This document shows positions 9,904 to 16,114 of a stretch of 64,000 nucleotides of DNA, in pieces (position 1 is the stretch's first letter; every line of letters starts with the position of its first letter). The translations under genes and the position numbers were made by a program. Origin of the DNA: a virus (lineage: Duplodnaviria > Caudoviricetes); the IMG/VR virus record IMGVR_UViG_3300022242_000023, positions 22,304 through 86,303 of that record; one strand, written 5' to 3'. Under the pieces are notes generated by a model. The model made no database searches. It was not told where the DNA came from and saw nothing but the letters and a program-made list of their open reading frames with translations.

Positions 9904-10507
9904 AAAAATATGGAAAAAATTTAATGTAAGTACAGTTATGATTTTACCCTTATTTTGGAATGCTACTGAACATATAATAGCAAAAAAATCTAAAGTTAGA
10001 TTCCCATTTGTACAGTTGTGCATAGAGTATGGATTAATAAATACATATCTATATAAAAATGGTAAGTATGATAATAAATTATACTTAGAATTTGACAAAG
10101 AAGAGTTTACCAAGGATAAAAAATTAACTACAAGCCCATATACATCTATATTAGAATTGCTTATTAATTATAATATGTATGCTGGACTAGAGATGACTAA
10201 TGATACAGTGCTGATAGCTTTACATATTCCTGTAGAATTTAGAGAAGATATTAAAATTATCGAAGATTCTAAATACTCTAAATTATCAGATGAATATAAA
10301 TCAGAGCTTCATATAAAACAAAACTCTGTACCATTAACAAAAAATGAATTTGCAATGTATGTTGCAAGCAAGAACTTAGGATATGCTATTTCAATGAAAT
10401 CTGATAATATCAAGAAAGAAATTGAAAAAGAGCTCAAAATGACTATAACGAGGGATGATGAATATTACGAAAGATTCAATAAAGTTAAAGAAAATTACGT
10501 AAATTGA
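9896..10507 (+). CDS. Hypothetical protein
   Basis: 203-aa ORF in a tightly packed operon. Confidence 0.65.
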   Translation: MIRKIWKKFNVSTVMILPLFWNATEHIIAKKSKVRFPFVQLCIEYGLINTYLYKNGKYDNKLYLEFDKEEFTKDKKLTTSPYTSILELLINYNMYAGLEMTNDTVLIALHIPVEFREDIKIIEDSKYSKLSDEYKSELHIKQNSVPLTKNEFAMYVASKNLGYAISMKSDNIKKEIEKELKMTITRDDEYYERFNKVKENYVN

Positions 10508-10508
10508 G

Positions 10509-10922
10509 ATGAAAAAAAAGAAAAAAACAAGTAAGAACAATGTGTTACCAATTATATTAAATAAGAAAGGTAATAAAAATGATGCAGGTAAACCTCCTGT
10601 AACCCAGTTACTGAGGCAATTCCCTTCTGCTATTAAATATGTATCTAAATGTTCTGAATATGGACATAAAGAATATGGGGAAAAAGAGAATGAAGAGTTA
10701 TGGGACAATTGGAGATATGTAGAAGAAGCTAAGTTTAGATATAAACAAGCTGCGGGAAGACATTTTCTAGAAGAAAATGGTAAGTTTGATGAAGGAAGTG
10801 GTTTATATCATATAGCACATTGCATATGGAATTTATTAGCAGAATTGCAATTTCAATTAGAAGAAGATTTTCAAAAAAATATAAAAAATGAAGGACATAA
10901 ATTTGATATTAAAGAACGTTAA
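10509..10922 (+). CDS. dATP/dGTP diphosphohydrolase domain protein (DUF5664)
   Basis: KNDAGKP, YG..EYG, NW, AAGRH, DEGSGLYHIAHCIWN pattern. Confidence 0.8.
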   Translation: MKKKKKTSKNNVLPIILNKKGNKNDAGKPPVTQLLRQFPSAIKYVSKCSEYGHKEYGEKENEELWDNWRYVEEAKFRYKQAAGRHFLEENGKFDEGSGLYHIAHCIWNLLAELQFQLEEDFQKNIKNEGHKFDIKER

Positions 10923-11154
10923 GTTTGCTTCTTTCAGAAGTAACGCAGATGGTAGTATTAGAATATCATTTGATACACAAGAACTTTCAGTAGAAGATAC
11001 TAGGAAATTAATCTCCTTATATAAGGAAAAAGAATGTAGTGTAAATGTGGGCAGTGGTGAAATATTTGATACAGGTGTAGAATTTTTGGCAAGCATTGAA
11101 AATCTTGCACCTGATCAGTTAAAAGCTTTTTTAAAACATGCTGAAGAAGATTAA
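10888..11154 (+). CDS. Hypothetical protein
   Basis: 88-aa ORF; RSNADGSIRISFDT is beta-rich. Confidence 0.55.
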   Translation: MKDINLILKNVKFASFRSNADGSIRISFDTQELSVEDTRKLISLYKEKECSVNVGSGEIFDTGVEFLASIENLAPDQLKAFLKHAEED

Positions 11155-11403
11155 GTGAAAAGTTACACAAAAACTTTTTTAGAATATATGGAGAAAATTC
11201 ATAATATTCTTCCTCATGAACTATTATGTGAAGTATGTCAGCAAAAAGCTGTTGACATACATCACATTTTAGGAAAAGGTAAATATCCAGAATTGACAAA
11301 TGATGTTAATAATTTAATAGCACTATGTAGAAAATGTCATGATAAATATGGACAGAAAAAGCAATATGTGGAATATTTACAATCTATAATTAAAAAAAGA
11401 TGA
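11155..11403 (+). CDS. Small HNH endonuclease (GTG start)
   Basis: CEVC..DIHH..NNLIALCRKCH zinc/HNH motif. Confidence 0.85.
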   Translation: MKSYTKTFLEYMEKIHNILPHELLCEVCQQKAVDIHHILGKGKYPELTNDVNNLIALCRKCHDKYGQKKQYVEYLQSIIKKR

Positions 11404-11579
11404 AAACGATAGTTTCAAGGATACGTGTACATAAAACTTATTCGCATATTAATAGCTCTCATAAGTATTTCATTAATATTAATGTTAATGAACCTATTAT
11501 AGAAGACGAAGGTTTTTTTGATTTATCAATAGTTGAATCAATAGTGCAAAGTTTAATAACTAAATATCATAATATTTAA
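11400..11579 (+). CDS. Microprotein array member 1 (59 aa)
   Basis: MKTIVSRIRVHKTYSHINSSHKYFININVNEPIIEDEGFFDLSIVESIVQSLITKYHNI; ATGA overlap with the HNH stop. Confidence 0.65.
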   Translation: MKTIVSRIRVHKTYSHINSSHKYFININVNEPIIEDEGFFDLSIVESIVQSLITKYHNI

Positions 11580-11585
11580 TAAATA

Positions 11586-11756
11586 ATGAAGAAATATTTG
11601 ATAACTTATAAAAGACGTTATATTAAGTCTTTTGATCTTTATAATTACGAGCTTTATCATGATAAATTATACTCTAGTATTGTAATATTATCTATAGAAC
11701 GTGAAATTTTAGCACTTGAAAGACAGTTTTATGCGATTAAAAATAATAAATCATAG
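11586..11756 (+). CDS. Microprotein array member 2 (56 aa)
   Basis: MKKYLITYKRRYIKSFDLYNYELYHDKLYSSIVILSIEREILALERQFYAIKNNKS. Confidence 0.65.
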   Translation: MKKYLITYKRRYIKSFDLYNYELYHDKLYSSIVILSIEREILALERQFYAIKNNKS

Positions 11757-11883
11757 ACATTACTATTATAATCATACATATATGTATGAACTTCGTAGTT
11801 GGACAGGAAATAAATTAAATAGTTCATTCTCTATCATATGGATAGAAGAATATATTAAATATCTAAAGGAAAATGAAATTTAA
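11731..11883 (+). CDS. Microprotein array member 3 (50 aa)
   Basis: MRLKIINHRHYYYNHTYMYELRSWTGNKLNSSFSIIWIEEYIKYLKENEI. Confidence 0.7.
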   Translation: MRLKIINHRHYYYNHTYMYELRSWTGNKLNSSFSIIWIEEYIKYLKENEI

Positions 11884-12016
11884 AATATGTAATTTTAAAA
11901 TAGCAGATATAATTTATGGAAAGTATAGATATAAATTGCATAAGGATCATGAAGTTGGTCATAATTTACGCCAAATTGAAGGTGTAATCATTATACTAAC
12001 TAACTGTTTTAAATAA
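11873..12016 (+). CDS. Microprotein array member 4 (47 aa)
   Basis: MKFKICNFKIADIIYGKYRYKLHKDHEVGHNLRQIEGVIIILTNCFK. Confidence 0.7.
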   Translation: MKFKICNFKIADIIYGKYRYKLHKDHEVGHNLRQIEGVIIILTNCFK

Positions 12017-12026
12017 AAGTTCAATA

Positions 12027-12182
12027 ATGAAATTAAAAATTACTAATGAAAAAATAGATAAATGTTATTTATATACTGTACATTTACCAAATGGAGAAAC
12101 GTATAGATATGATATATTATTTTTAATAGGTTGTTGGTTTAAATTTTACGCTGATGAAATACACAATAAAATGGGTTGCTAA
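12027..12182 (+). CDS. Microprotein array member 5 (51 aa; lacks the conserved Glu)
   Basis: MKLKITNEKIDKCYLYTVHLPNGETYRYDILFLIGCWFKFYADEIHNKMGC. Confidence 0.65.
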   Translation: MKLKITNEKIDKCYLYTVHLPNGETYRYDILFLIGCWFKFYADEIHNKMGC

Positions 12183-12288
12183 AGGGAATTATTATGTATT
12201 ACTAAAAGGTTCCAGAACAATTTTTGGTGCAGGAAACTTGTTTTATTTAGAACATCTTTTTATACTATTTCATGAGAATCCTTCTTAA
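12154..12288 (+). CDS. Microprotein array member 6 (44 aa)
   Basis: MKYTIKWVAKGNYYVLLKGSRTIFGAGNLFYLEHLFILFHENPS. Confidence 0.7.
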   Translation: MKYTIKWVAKGNYYVLLKGSRTIFGAGNLFYLEHLFILFHENPS

Positions 12289-12433
12289 AAATCATAGATT
12301 AAGTAAATCAATTTATACATATAAAATTGAAAATGTAGATTATAGTAGATTTATTATGTCTATACATTTATGCAATATAGAAAGTCAAATAAAAATTCAT
12401 GAAAACAAAAATTCTAATAAAAAGAACAATTAA
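12272..12433 (+). CDS. Microprotein array member 7 (53 aa)
   Basis: MRILLKNHRLSKSIYTYKIENVDYSRFIMSIHLCNIESQIKIHENKNSNKKNN. Confidence 0.7.
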   Translation: MRILLKNHRLSKSIYTYKIENVDYSRFIMSIHLCNIESQIKIHENKNSNKKNN

Positions 12434-12533
12434 TTCTCGTTACTATATAACTAATAGTAAAAATTTTATGACATATGGTTATTATATTAATCTGAAATCA
12501 GTAGAACACGTTATAGAAAATTATTTTATATGA
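12399..12533 (+). CDS. Microprotein array member 8 (44 aa)
   Basis: MKTKILIKRTINSRYYITNSKNFMTYGYYINLKSVEHVIENYFI. Confidence 0.7.
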   Translation: MKTKILIKRTINSRYYITNSKNFMTYGYYINLKSVEHVIENYFI

Positions 12534-12667
12534 AAATAATAATAAAATGTGATCTTACTAGAAGAATTAAAATCTACCAGCGTTTACGTAAATGCTATCA
12601 TATTAGAAGTTTTTCTTCTTTGCTGCAAATAGAAAAATTTATTAAAAATGAAAATTATCATACATAA
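12530..12667 (+). CDS. Microprotein array member 9 (45 aa)
   Basis: MKIIIKCDLTRRIKIYQRLRKCYHIRSFSSLLQIEKFIKNENYHT; ATGA overlap. Confidence 0.7.
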   Translation: MKIIIKCDLTRRIKIYQRLRKCYHIRSFSSLLQIEKFIKNENYHT

Positions 12668-12782
12668 AACAATGAAAGGTTGTAAAGAAACTATTAGAAT
12701 TAATTATATCTATACTGTTAATAGTATAACACTAGGTAATTACATATTTCTTTCAACTTTAGAAAAAAGACTAAAAGAATAA
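12648..12782 (+). CDS. Microprotein array member 10 (44 aa)
   Basis: MKIIIHKTMKGCKETIRINYIYTVNSITLGNYIFLSTLEKRLKE. Confidence 0.7.
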   Translation: MKIIIHKTMKGCKETIRINYIYTVNSITLGNYIFLSTLEKRLKE

Positions 12783-12801
12783 ATAGGATAAGAAATATTA
12801 A

Positions 12802-12972
12802 ATGAAAATTATAATAAGAAATAAGAAGGATTCTTCTTATACCGTGAGTAAATATAAATACAAATATTATATGTATAATAACGATAAAACTTGGGTTTAT
12901 TGGCTATATCTTATAGAAGGTTATATTAAACATATGAAAAAATATGAAAAGATTAAAATTAAAAATAATTAA
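12802..12972 (+). CDS. Microprotein array member 11 (56 aa)
   Basis: MKIIIRNKKDSSYTVSKYKYKYYMYNNDKTWVYWLYLIEGYIKHMKKYEKIKIKNN. Confidence 0.7.
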   Translation: MKIIIRNKKDSSYTVSKYKYKYYMYNNDKTWVYWLYLIEGYIKHMKKYEKIKIKNN

Positions 12973-13111
12973 AAGTAGTGAAAACGTATTAAAATGGAAT
13001 ATATTTTATATTATACCTCTTTCACACAAACATTATCTGAGAAAAAAATATCGTGTAAGTGGATATTTCATACAAGATATAGAAAAATATATTAAAAATA
13101 GCTTCAATTAA
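12944..13111 (+). CDS. Microprotein array member 12 (55 aa)
   Basis: MKRLKLKIIKSSENVLKWNIFYIIPLSHKHYLRKKYRVSGYFIQDIEKYIKNSFN. Confidence 0.7.
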   Translation: MKRLKLKIIKSSENVLKWNIFYIIPLSHKHYLRKKYRVSGYFIQDIEKYIKNSFN

Positions 13112-13256
13112 AATAGTATCTATAAAGGGCGGAGATTGTAAATATAGAATAGAAGTATATAATAAAAAAGTTTTAAAATATGCAATTAGATTTACTACAT
13201 TTGAACGTGTACATTCCTATGTAACTTATTTTTATGAAAATTATACTAAAAAATGA
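13098..13256 (+). CDS. Microprotein array member 13 (about 52 aa; no ATG/GTG/TTG start, so ATA start or pseudogene)
   Basis: (I)ASIKIVSIKGGDCKYRIEVYNKKVLKYAIRFTTFERVHSYVTYFYENYTKK; fills the slot exactly and ends in an ATGA overlap with member 14. Confidence 0.45.
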   Translation: MASIKIVSIKGGDCKYRIEVYNKKVLKYAIRFTTFERVHSYVTYFYENYTKK

Positions 13257-13411
13257 TAACAATTAAATTAAACAGACAATTGCAGTCAAAATATGTAGTT
13301 ATTTGTACATATCCTGATAACACTGTTCAAAATTTTCCAATGAGAGAGTTGCTGCAAGCAGAATGGTTTATAGAAGAAAGATCTAAAATTTATGGACGAC
13401 TTTTTAGTTGA
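13253..13411 (+). CDS. Microprotein array member 14 (52 aa)
   Basis: MITIKLNRQLQSKYVVICTYPDNTVQNFPMRELLQAEWFIEERSKIYGRLFS. Confidence 0.7.
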   Translation: MITIKLNRQLQSKYVVICTYPDNTVQNFPMRELLQAEWFIEERSKIYGRLFS

Positions 13412-13415
13412 ATTT

Positions 13416-13565
13416 ATGAAAAAGTATATTATAACAAATCATAGAATACATAGTTTAGAGATAATTATATATGACCTATATGTATATATAGATACCACAG
13501 TTACTAATTATGAGGGTTGGAGCAGTTTAAAGCATTTAGAAGATATTATAATCTCGTATAAATAA
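13416..13565 (+). CDS. Microprotein array member 15 (49 aa)
   Basis: MKKYIITNHRIHSLEIIIYDLYVYIDTTVTNYEGWSSLKHLEDIIISYK. Confidence 0.7.
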   Translation: MKKYIITNHRIHSLEIIIYDLYVYIDTTVTNYEGWSSLKHLEDIIISYK

Positions 13566-13566
13566 A

Positions 13567-13779
13567 ATGAAACCTAAAAAATACATATTGAAAAATAAAC
13601 GTACTTCAAATATTGAATTTATACATTTTAATACATATAAACTTAGAATAAAATATCAATATTATGTAGCAAATCTTTTTAACAGTTACATTAGTGGGAT
13701 ACAAGAGGGTATGAGACATTATGACATCAACCATCCTGAAAAAACAATATTATCTGAAATAAATGAAATATATATTTAA
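13567..13779 (+). CDS. Microprotein array member 16 (70 aa; motif degenerate)
   Basis: In ORF track; MKPKKYILKNKR N-terminus matches the family pattern. Confidence 0.65.
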   Translation: MKPKKYILKNKRTSNIEFIHFNTYKLRIKYQYYVANLFNSYISGIQEGMRHYDINHPEKTILSEINEIYI

Positions 13780-13879
13780 AAATCACCGAAACCCTCATTA
13801 TAAGTATGTGTATTCTATAGTAGGTACAACTTCATTGTATATACATATACATAATATAGAATATATAATTAAATGTTAA
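13763..13879 (+). CDS. Microprotein array member 17 (38 aa)
   Basis: MKYIFKNHRNPHYKYVYSIVGTTSLYIHIHNIEYIIKC. Confidence 0.7.
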   Translation: MKYIFKNHRNPHYKYVYSIVGTTSLYIHIHNIEYIIKC

Positions 13880-13927
13880 ACATTATATAAGTGGTCATAT
13901 CAAGACTTAAAAAAAGAAAATTATAGT

Positions 13928-14056
13928 ATGAAATATAAAATTCAATATTATAAAAGATATAAGCTATATTCTTTATATGTTTTATATAAAGTTGCAGATA
14001 ACAGAGTAACTGCAAACATGTTCCATACACTGAAAGAAATTGAACGTCATATATGA
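13928..14056 (+). CDS. Microprotein array member 18 (42 aa)
   Basis: MKYKIQYYKRYKLYSLYVLYKVADNRVTANMFHTLKEIERHI. Confidence 0.7.
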   Translation: MKYKIQYYKRYKLYSLYVLYKVADNRVTANMFHTLKEIERHI

Positions 14057-14202
14057 AATTTAAAATTACAAAATACAAGAATCATCGAAATGATGATAGA
14101 CACATATTATCTTACAATAATATTGATTACATTGAACTATTTATGTTACATAACATAGAAGATCATATAATTGAAATTTCTAAAAATGAAATATATACTT
14201 AA
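14053..14202 (+). CDS. Microprotein array member 19 (49 aa)
   Basis: MKFKITKYKNHRNDDRHILSYNNIDYIELFMLHNIEDHIIEISKNEIYT; ATGA overlap. Confidence 0.7.
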   Translation: MKFKITKYKNHRNDDRHILSYNNIDYIELFMLHNIEDHIIEISKNEIYT

Positions 14203-14359
14203 AAATTGTAAAAATGCTGATGGAGATTGGATGTACTTTATAACAAATTCCTATTTAGATAATGATGAATATATGGAATTTTTAAACTATTACTATCTTG
14301 AAAATCTTGAGTACTGTCTTTTAAAATATTATTATGAAAATAAAACTAGTTATAAATAA
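14186..14359 (+). CDS. Microprotein array member 20 (57 aa)
   Basis: MKYILKNCKNADGDWMYFITNSYLDNDEYMEFLNYYYLENLEYCLLKYYYENKTSYK; ATG at 14186 preferred over the track's TTG at 14171. Confidence 0.7.
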   Translation: MKYILKNCKNADGDWMYFITNSYLDNDEYMEFLNYYYLENLEYCLLKYYYENKTSYK

Positions 14360-14507
14360 TAAACCTTTTCCAGCTCCGCTTTCTTATTTTAATGCATTTT
14401 CACTGAAAGTAAAAGGGAAAATTACAGTGTTAAATTGGGAATTCAATATAAAAGATATTGAAAATCAAATACAAAGAGATACTTATGCGATATACTATAA
14501 AAAATAG
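14334..14507 (+). CDS. Microprotein array member 21 (57 aa)
   Basis: MKIKLVINNKPFPAPLSYFNAFSLKVKGKITVLNWEFNIKDIENQIQRDTYAIYYKK. Confidence 0.7.
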   Translation: MKIKLVINNKPFPAPLSYFNAFSLKVKGKITVLNWEFNIKDIENQIQRDTYAIYYKK

Positions 14508-14628
14508 AAAAGAACTTCGTTATCATAATTCTGATACGCATTTTTACATATATCATGTAACAAATTTTTATTTAAATTCATATGAATATATTTCACTCAG
14601 TACTTTAGAAAATTTATTTATAAGATGA
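14485..14628 (+). CDS. Microprotein array member 22 (47 aa)
   Basis: MRYTIKNRKELRYHNSDTHFYIYHVTNFYLNSYEYISLSTLENLFIR. Confidence 0.7.
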   Translation: MRYTIKNRKELRYHNSDTHFYIYHVTNFYLNSYEYISLSTLENLFIR

Positions 14629-14768
14629 ATTATAAAAAGATATTTATTATAAAAAGACTAACATATCATGATGGGTTTGACACATTAACATTATTGTTTA
14701 AATCAGATGGTGCATATAGATATATAAATTGGAAATTTACTATTAATGAAATTGAAAAACTTATATAA
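14625..14768 (+). CDS. Microprotein array member 23 (47 aa)
   Basis: MNYKKIFIIKRLTYHDGFDTLTLLFKSDGAYRYINWKFTINEIEKLI; ATGA overlap. Confidence 0.7.
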   Translation: MNYKKIFIIKRLTYHDGFDTLTLLFKSDGAYRYINWKFTINEIEKLI

Positions 14769-14769
14769 T

Positions 14770-14946
14770 ATGTTTAAAATAAAAATGATTAATACTAGAG
14801 CAGAAGGATTTCGATGCTCTATTCATTATAATCATGAAGAACTCCTTATTCTTGGTAGCGAGTATACTAATAAAGTAACACACGGCACTAGTCTTATCTT
14901 TGATATTATAGAATATAGATTAGTTAATAGATATAGAATTAATTAA
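14770..14946 (+). CDS. Microprotein array member 24 (58 aa)
   Basis: MFKIKMINTRAEGFRCSIHYNHEELLILGSEYTNKVTHGTSLIFDIIEYRLVNRYRIN; ATG 1 nt after the previous stop preferred over 14746. Confidence 0.65.
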   Translation: MFKIKMINTRAEGFRCSIHYNHEELLILGSEYTNKVTHGTSLIFDIIEYRLVNRYRIN

Positions 14947-14961
14947 TATAAAATAATTAAA

Positions 14962-15096
14962 ATGTATATCATACGTAAAAATACACTAACTAAATTTGGT
15001 TATACACTAATTAAAAAATCAAATAATTTCCATAAAGCATGGTCAGGTATATCTTTAAGATATGCAGAATCTATTATATCACATAATAAATTATGA
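14962..15096 (+). CDS. Microprotein array member 25 (44 aa)
   Basis: MYIIRKNTLTKFGYTLIKKSNNFHKAWSGISLRYAESIISHNKL. Confidence 0.7.
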   Translation: MYIIRKNTLTKFGYTLIKKSNNFHKAWSGISLRYAESIISHNKL

Positions 15097-15100
15097 GAAA

Positions 15101-15250
15101 ATGAAAAATAAAATATTTACTCTAAGAAAACCATTGTTTAATCATCATTTTATAGTTCTTATTTTATACAATCCTACAAGAGTTCTTCAAGGAGATATTG
15201 AAACATTAGAAAAACTTATAGTACATTATTATCATGAACGTAATCCATAA
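15101..15250 (+). CDS. Microprotein array member 26 (49 aa)
   Basis: MKNKIFTLRKPLFNHHFIVLILYNPTRVLQGDIETLEKLIVHYYHERNP; ATG at 15101 preferred over 15062. Confidence 0.7.
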   Translation: MKNKIFTLRKPLFNHHFIVLILYNPTRVLQGDIETLEKLIVHYYHERNP

Positions 15251-15452
15251 AAGTTTATCATCAGATATATATGAATTAAAGTCTACTAGAAATAATATTA
15301 CAATGCCATACAAAACTATTATACCTACTCTTGAAAAAGTTAAAGTTTATGAAATATATATTAATAATGGGAAAGATTTACTTGAAATAGGGTACGAAAT
15401 ATCCTATGTGGAATATCATTTAAAATTACTTCTTAAATCAAATAAAATATGA
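15234..15452 (+). CDS. Microprotein array member 27 (72 aa)
   Basis: In ORF track; C-terminal ISYVEYHL matches the motif; start could be the internal Met (MPYKTII). Confidence 0.65.
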   Translation: MNVIHKSLSSDIYELKSTRNNITMPYKTIIPTLEKVKVYEIYINNGKDLLEIGYEISYVEYHLKLLLKSNKI

Positions 15453-15616
15453 AATGCATTTTTAAAAATGTAAAAGGGAAAGGTTACTATAGTTATTTTA
15501 TTACTAATTTATATACTATTTTATATCCCAGAGACGTACTTGTTGATCCATCTAGTGGAACTTATATGCAGATATCTTCTTTAGAAGAATTAGTAGATTT
15601 TCACAAACAGATTTAA
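15449..15616 (+). CDS. Microprotein array member 28 (55 aa)
   Basis: MKCIFKNVKGKGYYSYFITNLYTILYPRDVLVDPSSGTYMQISSLEELVDFHKQI; ATGA overlap. Confidence 0.7.
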   Translation: MKCIFKNVKGKGYYSYFITNLYTILYPRDVLVDPSSGTYMQISSLEELVDFHKQI

Positions 15617-15631
15617 AGAATGGTTTAAAGA

Positions 15632-15790
15632 ATGGAAAATAATAAAATCAAAATAATCAAGCATTCTTCTGGATATACCCTCTTTCCAAAACCTTTAAGA
15701 TTTGATATATATGAAAATTTTTGTGTAATGTTAACAGGAACTTCTGATCTTAACATCAAAGATGTAGAAAGATTTATAAAAACTATGTAA
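15632..15790 (+). CDS. Microprotein array member 29 (52 aa)
   Basis: MENNKIKIIKHSSGYTLFPKPLRFDIYENFCVMLTGTSDLNIKDVERFIKTM. Confidence 0.7.
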   Translation: MENNKIKIIKHSSGYTLFPKPLRFDIYENFCVMLTGTSDLNIKDVERFIKTM

Positions 15791-15802
15791 AATAATTATA
15801 AT

Positions 15803-16114
15803 ATGAAAATAGAAAAATACATTGAAATTTTAGAAAAATTAAAATCTAAAATTATACCTATGACAGGGTATAAAGAATTAAATTACAACTCTAAATGTTT
15901 AGCAATAGAGAAGTTTAATTATCTGGTTACAGATAAAACATATGATAAAATATGTAAAAAATTACATAAAGAATTCGTAAAAGAATTAGAACTAGATGAG
16001 CAAAGAAGTTCTGAAGAATATGTAACTATTCAGAAACTAGTATCTCAAAAGATAAAAGTTGGCACTCAAGAAGAAGTTAGTAAAAACTTAGAAATAAATA
16101 AAATTATAACTTAA
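15803..16114 (+). CDS. Hypothetical helical protein, last gene of the + strand block
   Basis: 103-aa ORF; does not fit the array pattern. Confidence 0.6.
   Translation: MKIEKYIEILEKLKSKIIPMTGYKELNYNSKCLAIEKFNYLVTDKTYDKICKKLHKEFVKELELDEQRSSEEYVTIQKLVSQKIKVGTQEEVSKNLEINKIIT

Noticed and set aside
14171-15100. Longer starts given by the ORF track (14171, 14746, 15062)
   Set aside because: Downstream ATGs (14186, 14770, 15101) give family-consensus N-termini and better coupling to the upstream member.
11731-15452. All long overlaps in the array share one phase, and many members end in HEN/YEN/NEI-like tails
   Set aside because: This follows trivially from downstream genes starting ATGA(AA): one phase gives an immediate TGA and the other gives x-E-N. 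It is not a separate motif.
11400-15790. CRISPR array, integron cassette array or DGR as the explanation for the ~150-bp periodicity
   Set aside because: No conserved 25-45-nt direct repeat, no attC-like palindromes, no integrase or reverse transcriptase, and no TR/VR pair were seen. The conservation is at the protein level.
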